IMG/VR virus record: IMGVR_UViG_3300044742_000148
Direction: 5' to 3' (one strand)
Length of the DNA: 56,995 bases
DNA from: a virus
The notes beneath the pieces are model-generated. The model did not search any database. It worked only from the letters and a program-made list of their open reading frames with translations, and had not been told where the DNA came from. The translations under genes were made by a program, and so were the position numbers. Shown here in pieces: positions 52,208 to 56,995 of the stretch; the stretch's first letter is position 1; every line of letters starts with the position of its first letter.

Positions 52208-52593
52208 GCAAGGTCGTGGCGGGCATGCTCGTGTTCGTCCTGGCGGTCAACTGGGACCCGATCGTGACGGGCGTCCTCCTCGCCGTGGGCACGCTCGTGT
52301 CCGTCGCCGTGGTGAAGTTCGGGGGCGCCTGGCTCCTCCGGTCCGCCAAGGAGGACTTCCAGGACAGCATCCGGCAGGTCGTCAGGGCCGAGATGCGCTC
52401 GTCCGGGAAGCGTCTCGCCCCGACGTTCGAGAAGGCCGCCAAGGACATCGCCTGGTGCAAGGAGGAGCTCTCCGAGCACAACGGGGAGACGATGAAGGAC
52501 GCCATCGTGCGGACCGAGTACCGGGTGGCCCGCAACACCAAGGTGCTGAAAGAGGTCGCCGACAGGGTGGGGCTGGAGCTGGACTTTGACTAA
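52204..52593 (+). CDS. Membrane protein, holin-like (two N-terminal TM helices)
   Basis: GTG 52204 in a GTGA overlap. VVAGMLVFVLAVNWDPIVTGVLLAVGTLVSVAVV. Lies directly upstream of the amidase gene. Confidence 0.5.
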   Translation: MSKVVAGMLVFVLAVNWDPIVTGVLLAVGTLVSVAVVKFGGAWLLRSAKEDFQDSIRQVVRAEMRSSGKRLAPTFEKAAKDIAWCKEELSEHNGETMKDAIVRTEYRVARNTKVLKEVADRVGLELDFD

Positions 52594-53359
52594 CTACCCG
52601 TACGTGCCCGCCCGGCTGGCGTGGCCCCGCCCGGCCGCCTGCTGGCCGCCATCGTTGGGCGTGGTGCACGACATGGAGGCCCCTGAGGGCCCGCTGACCG
52701 CCGAGAACTGCGCCCGGTACTTCCAGAGCTCCGCCGCCCAGGGCTCGACGCACCTGTGCTGCGACGAGGACAGCACCGTGCGGTGCGTGCGGGACACCGA
52801 GAAGTCAGCCGGGGCGAAGGGCTACCCGTACCGGGGGCGCTCCGTCAACGACTGGGCCCTGCAGATCGAGCACGCCGGGTACGCACGCCAAAGCCGAGCG
52901 GAGTGGCTGGACCGCAGCTCCCGTCGGACGATGGAGCAGGGCGCCCGGGCGTTCGCCCGCTGGTCGGACCTGTACGTGATCCCGCCGTTCCGCCTGACGG
53001 ACGCCGAGATCAGGTCGGGCATGCACGGGCTGTGTGGGCATGGCGACATCACCCGTGCGCTGAAGGTCGGGGGCGGCCACACCGACCCGGGCTTCGGCTT
53101 CCCGTGGGACGTTTACCTGGAGATGATCCGGACCTTCAAGGAGGATGAAGTGTGGACGCCTGAGGAGAAGGCCCGGCTGCTCGCCGGGGCCGACGCCAGC
53201 GTGCGGATGGACCAGCGGTGGAACGCCGACGCCCGCACCAAGCTGGAGGAGGTGTGGACGAACCTGATGGACCGGGACGACCCCGACCCCGGCTTCCGCA
53301 AGGGGACGGTGGGGGCGATGGTGCAGCGCATCCTCTACCCCGAGCCGACCGAGCCGTAG
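52586..53359 (+). CDS. Endolysin, N-acetylmuramoyl-L-alanine amidase (Amidase_2/PGRP fold)
   Basis: VVHDMEAPEG, LQIEHAGY and GHGDITR...GGHTDPGFGFPWD. The start is uncertain (TTG 52586 or GTG 52604). Confidence 0.8.
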   Translation: MTNYPYVPARLAWPRPAACWPPSLGVVHDMEAPEGPLTAENCARYFQSSAAQGSTHLCCDEDSTVRCVRDTEKSAGAKGYPYRGRSVNDWALQIEHAGYARQSRAEWLDRSSRRTMEQGARAFARWSDLYVIPPFRLTDAEIRSGMHGLCGHGDITRALKVGGGHTDPGFGFPWDVYLEMIRTFKEDEVWTPEEKARLLAGADASVRMDQRWNADARTKLEEVWTNLMDRDDPDPGFRKGTVGAMVQRILYPEPTEP

Positions 53360-53369
53360 GCTGCCCGCC

Positions 53370-53699
53370 ATGCGACTCATTGCACGACTCCAGGCCTCGG
53401 GGCGCCTCGCTGGGGACGCCGGGGCCATCACTGACAACTGGCCCGACTGGCTGCGTGCGGCCTCCCGGACTGCCGTGCAGACGTTCGTGGGCATGTTCGG
53501 CCTGTCCCTCGTCGGCTGGCTGGCCGATGTGGGCGCCTGGGCCGGAAGCTCCGAGGGGACGTTCCCGTCCGTCTCGCCGCTCGGCAAGGCCGCCGTCGCC
53601 GCTCTCGTGGCAGCCGCCTCGGGCGTCGTGGCCGCCCTCATGAACGTCTTCGGGAAGCGCTCTGCGACCTATCCAACGCCCCCGCCTGCTGGGGGGTAG
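53370..53699 (+). CDS. Holin (r1t-like)
   Basis: AASRTAVQTFVGMFGLSLVGWL plus a second TM helix AAVAALVAAASGVVAAL. Lies after the endolysin gene. Confidence 0.55.
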   Translation: MRLIARLQASGRLAGDAGAITDNWPDWLRAASRTAVQTFVGMFGLSLVGWLADVGAWAGSSEGTFPSVSPLGKAAVAALVAAASGVVAALMNVFGKRSATYPTPPPAGG

Positions 53700-53720
53700 G
53701 CTCTCGGGCGTTGGGGCTGG

Positions 53721-53802
53721 GCGACCGGCCACCTGCACCAGAAGGGCTCCAGTTGGGTTCGCACCTCTCGGAGCTCGGGGCTGGCGCTGGGTGGCCGGTC
53801 GC
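53721..53802. repeat. 13-bp perfect inverted repeat GCGACCGGCCACC / GGTGGCCGGTCGC with a 56-nt spacer
   Basis: Arms at 53721..53733 and 53790..53802, read directly. There is an inner 5-bp pairing gctcc/ggagc. Confidence 0.85.
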
Positions 53803-53818
53803 AGTCCGTTCTGCCCCA

Positions 53819-53850
53819 GTAGCCTCGCCCGCTAACCCGGGTTAGACTGG
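53819..53850 (+). promoter_or_regulatory. Phage promoter/operator motif copy H
   Basis: GTAGCC-N6-GCTAACCCGGGTTAGACTGG with the perfect palindrome at 53832..53845, followed by RBS aggagg and ATG 53877. Confidence 0.55.
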
Positions 53851-53876
53851 CGGCCTCCACCCCAACAGGAGGCCCC

Positions 53877-54623
53877 ATGCCCGACCTCATCCCGGCGGAG
53901 CTGATGCCCGCCGCCCCGTTCGACCCTGACCTGATCCCGCCCGACGTCGCAGACGACCAGGACTTGGAGCCGCTGCCCCCCGAGATTGAGCGGTGGGAGC
54001 CGACCACCCAGGACGAGGCCGAGTGGGCCATGCGCCTGTTGGCCGCCTACCAGGCCGAGGCCGCCGCCATCAGCGACCAGGCCGCCCTGTGGCGTGAACC
54101 CATCGACGTCTGGGAGGCCGCCGAGCTCCGTCGCATCGTCCGCAAGGCCGAGTTCTTCACCGGCCACCTGGAGCGCTTCGCTCTCGCCTGGCGCCAGCGG
54201 ACCGACCGTGCGACCCTGGCCCTCCCGTCTGGGAAGGTGACGACCACCAAGCAGCCTCGCCGCATCTACGTGGGCGACGAGGCCGCCGTGTGGGAGTGGC
54301 TGGCCGCCCGGGACGCCGTGGACGACCTGGAGGCCCGGGACGCCTTCACCAAGCAGGAGCTCTCCCTGTCGGGCATCCAGGCCGCCTGCCAGATCGAGGA
54401 CCGGCCGCTCGCCGTGGACGTGTACCGGAGCTGTGGCTGCATCTACCGGGCCCCCGGCTGGGACGACCGCACGCCGGGCGTCTGCCCCGAGTGCGCCACT
54501 GGCAGCGAGGTCACTCAGGTGCTCGTGGTGGACTCAGAGCTCGTGGCGACGTTCCGGGGCGACCGGGTGCCTGGGCTCGACGTGACGCCCGAGAGGATCA
54601 AGCCCAAGGTCAAGCCCGCATGA
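53877..54623 (+). CDS. Gam-like host-nuclease inhibitor (putative)
   Basis: DEAEWAMRLLAAYQAEAAAISDQAALWREPIDVW...AEFFTGHLERFA resembles Mu Gam-like proteins. It is the first gene of the recombination module. Confidence 0.45.
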   Translation: MPDLIPAELMPAAPFDPDLIPPDVADDQDLEPLPPEIERWEPTTQDEAEWAMRLLAAYQAEAAAISDQAALWREPIDVWEAAELRRIVRKAEFFTGHLERFALAWRQRTDRATLALPSGKVTTTKQPRRIYVGDEAAVWEWLAARDAVDDLEARDAFTKQELSLSGIQAACQIEDRPLAVDVYRSCGCIYRAPGWDDRTPGVCPECATGSEVTQVLVVDSELVATFRGDRVPGLDVTPERIKPKVKPA

Positions 54624-54949
54624 GCCTCATCCCCGGGCCCCTGCCCCCGGCCACCACCCAGCAGCGGGTGGACTACGACGCCATCGCCCGGGAGGTGCGG
54701 GCGACCCCCGGCCAGTGGTTCCGGCTGGAGGTCGTTCCCGCTCTGGGGAACAACGCCGCCTACGCCCGAGGCAAGCAGTTCATGAAGCGCCGCCTGACCG
54801 TGGCCTACCGGGCCCCCCAACAGAACCCCCCGAGCGCCCTGACCGGGAGCTTCGGCGCCGAGACGGACGAGGCCCACAAGTGGCGCCTCGACCACAAGGA
54901 CGTCTGGCTCTGCTACCAGCCCCCAACCCCAACTGAGGAGACACCATGA
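54620..54949 (+). CDS. Hypothetical protein
   Basis: ATG 54620 in an ATGA overlap. Internal start of ORF 54290..54949. Confidence 0.6.
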   Translation: MSLIPGPLPPATTQQRVDYDAIAREVRATPGQWFRLEVVPALGNNAAYARGKQFMKRRLTVAYRAPQQNPPSALTGSFGAETDEAHKWRLDHKDVWLCYQPPTPTEETP

Positions 54950-56076
54950 CCCATGACACCACCACAGGCACCGCCCGCTCCCGCCTCTCCCAGGGCCACC
55001 CCGGGCAACGCACCGCCACCAAGGCCCGCCTCGCCATCTCCGGCGCCTCCGGTGCGGGCAAGACGTGGACGGCCCTCTCCGTCGCCGAGGTGCTCGCCCC
55101 ATCCGGGCCCACCGTCATCATCGACACCGAGCCGTCCGACCAGGACACCGGGGCCGCCGAGCTGTACGCCGACCGCTTCCGCTTCGACACCATCAGGTGG
55201 GCCCCTCCGTTTGACCCTCGTGACCTCGCCCTCACCATCCAGGAGCTCGGCGCCAAGCGTGTGCCCGGGTCGCTGTGGCAGGGGGAGGGCGGCTACGACG
55301 TGATCGTGGTGGACTCCGCCTCGCACTTCTGGCGGGGAGAGGGCGGCACGCTCGACATCGCCGACGGCAAGTTCGGCGGCTGGAAGGAGGCCACCCCCAT
55401 CCAGGACCGCATGGTGGACTCCATCCTCCGCAGCCCCGCCCACGTCATCGTGTGCACCCGGGCCCGCATGAGCTACGCCCAGGAGCCCGACGCCGGTGGC
55501 AAGCAGAAGGTCGTCAAGCTCGGCATGGCGCCCGTCCAGCGGGACGACCTCGAGTACGAGTTCCAGGTCGTGGTCCAGATGGACCAGGCGCACACCATCG
55601 AGATCGGCAAGACCCGCTGCGCCACCCTGGCCGGGATGCAGTTTCGCCAGAACGATCAGGCCCGCTTCGCTGGCATCTTGAAGGAGTGGCTGGACGGAGG
55701 CGTGGAGCTGATCACCCAGACGCAGGTGGACGAGCTTGTGGACGCCTTCAACGCCCTGGAGGGCCCGCCCAAGGTGGCCGCCAAGACGGCCTTCGTGGAC
55801 GTCTTCGGTGCCCCCGGGGCTCTGCCGGCGGAACGTCTCGCCGAGGCTGAGGCGTGGATCGCCGCCCGAGTGGCGACGGACCTTGCCAGCCCCCCCGCTA
55901 CGGCCCCGGAGGAGGCCCCTCCTGTTGACGAGGAGCCGGGCAACGACCCGGAGGCCCCCACTGGGCACCCAGAGCCTCCTGCGAGCTCTGAGGACGCTAA
56001 GGCCGCCGCCGACGAGAAGGCGGACAGCGCCATCGCCCGGGCCAAGGCCAAGGCGAAGGCGTCCACAGCGTCGTGA
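54946..56076 (+). CDS. AAA_24/RecA-like ATPase (Sak4-like recombination protein)
   Basis: ATG 54946 in an ATGA overlap. Walker A ISGASGAGKTWTA, Walker B DVIVVDSASHFW. Confidence 0.75.
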   Translation: MTHDTTTGTARSRLSQGHPGQRTATKARLAISGASGAGKTWTALSVAEVLAPSGPTVIIDTEPSDQDTGAAELYADRFRFDTIRWAPPFDPRDLALTIQELGAKRVPGSLWQGEGGYDVIVVDSASHFWRGEGGTLDIADGKFGGWKEATPIQDRMVDSILRSPAHVIVCTRARMSYAQEPDAGGKQKVVKLGMAPVQRDDLEYEFQVVVQMDQAHTIEIGKTRCATLAGMQFRQNDQARFAGILKEWLDGGVELITQTQVDELVDAFNALEGPPKVAAKTAFVDVFGAPGALPAERLAEAEAWIAARVATDLASPPATAPEEAPPVDEEPGNDPEAPTGHPEPPASSEDAKAAADEKADSAIARAKAKAKASTAS

Positions 56077-56136
56077 CCGCCGGGTGGGATAGACCTACCC
56101 GGCCCCAACCGCCTCTCCCTCACCCCGAGGAGGCCC

Positions 56137-56995
56137 ATGAGTGTCGCCGCCCTTGACTGGGTGCTGAACCACAGTCGCACGACTGGCGCCGAGCGCATGG
56201 TGCTCGTCAGCCTCGCCAACCACGCCGGGGGCGAGCCCGTAGGCGACCCGCCCGCATGGGAGTCCTGGCCGGGCGTCTCGCTCATCGGGACCGAGGCCGG
56301 GCTGCGCCGGGACCGCACCACGTCCGACGTGCTCAGCCGTCTCGTGGAGGTGGGCGCCATCGAGCGCCTGGTCAACAGCGCCCCCGACCCCCGCCTCGCC
56401 GCCAACCGCCGCACCAACCTGTACCGCATCCTGATCCGGGCCGGGGAGTCATGCGGGCGTCTCAGGTGCTCGTGGTGCGGCCCCGAGAGGCCCGTCGCCG
56501 AGCGACCCCCCAAGCACGCCGGTAGGGGGGCGACCGCCACCAGGGGCAATGCGACACCGGAAGCTCCTGACCTGGGCGGACAGCCTGTTCTGGGGGGCGC
56601 CCGGGAGGGACGCCGCCGGGCGACGGACAAACCAACTACTACAACCACAACCCATAACCCCATAACCCCTGGCCCCGTCCCGGGGCCTGGGGGGAGCCCA
56701 GACGCCCCCCAGGTTGACCTCGTGCTGGCCAACCCAACCCCTGCACGAAAGCAGAAGGCTCCTGCCCAGCCGGAGGCCCGCCCTCACAGCTCCGTGGCGG
56801 ACAGGCTCGCCCGGGCTGAATGGGAGAGACTCCCCACCAAGCCGGTAGCCGGGTTCCTCGCATTGCGGGCCCGGATCGAGGAGGCCCTGGACGCCGGGTA
56901 CTCCGAGGGCGAGCTCTCCAGGGCTCTGCCGACCATCAAGGCGTTTACCCGCAACGGGTTCGACCTGGCGCTCCGCCAGACCAGGGCGGCCCAAC
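56137..56995 (+). CDS. Winged-helix/HTH replication-initiator-like protein, N-terminal part (continues at 128..189 across the circular junction)
   Basis: RBS gaggagg before ATG 56137. MSVAALDWVLNHSRTTGAERMVLVSLANHAGG... There is no in-frame stop before the window end, and the ORF is absent from the ORF track because it is open-ended. Confidence 0.7.
   Translation, partial: MSVAALDWVLNHSRTTGAERMVLVSLANHAGGEPVGDPPAWESWPGVSLIGTEAGLRRDRTTSDVLSRLVEVGAIERLVNSAPDPRLAANRRTNLYRILIRAGESCGRLRCSWCGPERPVAERPPKHAGRGATATRGNATPEAPDLGGQPVLGGAREGRRRATDKPTTTTTTHNPITPGPVPGPGGSPDAPQVDLVLANPTPARKQKAPAQPEARPHSSVADRLARAEWERLPTKPVAGFLALRARIEEALDAGYSEGELSRALPTIKAFTRNGFDLALRQTRAAQ
56869..56995. repeat. Right copy of the exact 127-bp terminal direct repeat
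   Basis: Identical to 1..127. Confidence 0.95.

Noticed and set aside
53700-53876. Possible tRNA (gggttcgcacc resembles a T-loop)
   Set aside because: I could not build acceptor, D, anticodon and T stems around it. The flanks pair instead as a 13-bp inverted repeat. I saw no tRNA-like cloverleaf anywhere else in the intergenic regions.
1-56995. Search for an integrase, attP, a transposase, CRISPR arrays, rRNA or toxin-antitoxin pairs
   Set aside because: I recognised none in any frame. No tyrosine or serine recombinase motifs, DDE signatures or repeat-spacer arrays were seen.

Overview
This window is a complete genome of a high-G+C, siphovirus-type actinobacteriophage with a unit length of 56,868 bp. 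The two window ends carry an exact 127-bp overlap (1..127 = 56869..56995), so the molecule is circularly closed or terminally redundant. One CDS (56137..end plus 128..189) crosses the junction. I call about 90 densely packed CDSs. All are on the + strand except a 4-gene cassette at 19425..20608, and most neighbours are joined by ATGA, GTGA or TGATG start-stop overlaps. Gene order, starting at the replication module that wraps the junction: (1) Replication and recombination genes: Gam-like, AAA_24/RecA-like ATPase, HTH initiator-like, DnaC-like loader, HNH, VRR-NUC, SF2 helicase. (2) A ParB / 2OG-Fe(II) dioxygenase / unknown / AspH-like dioxygenase / P-loop kinase operon (6621..10861) that looks like a DNA base-hypermodification system. 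(3) DUF932, an LPXTG-anchored Thr/Pro-rich surface protein and small membrane proteins. (4) Many small ORFs, then terminase small and large subunits. (5) A minus-strand MerR-like cassette. (6) Small genes and WhiB. (7) Portal-MuF-HExxH fusion, protease, capsid, LamG protein and adaptor. (8) A glycosyltransferase/methyltransferase/deacetylase cassette (38286..43688) embedded in the virion operon. (9) Connectors, chaperones, a 1040-aa tape measure and minor tail proteins. (10) A holin/amidase lysis cassette. A conserved ~33-bp promoter-plus-palindrome motif (GTAGAC-N7-GCTAACCCGKGTTAGYCTGG) recurs 8 times, plus 2 degenerate copies, always on the + strand. Several copies are placed to give leaderless mRNAs. 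I recognised no tRNA, rRNA, CRISPR array, integrase or transposase. All protein-family calls come from by-eye motif recognition and synteny, not from database searches.
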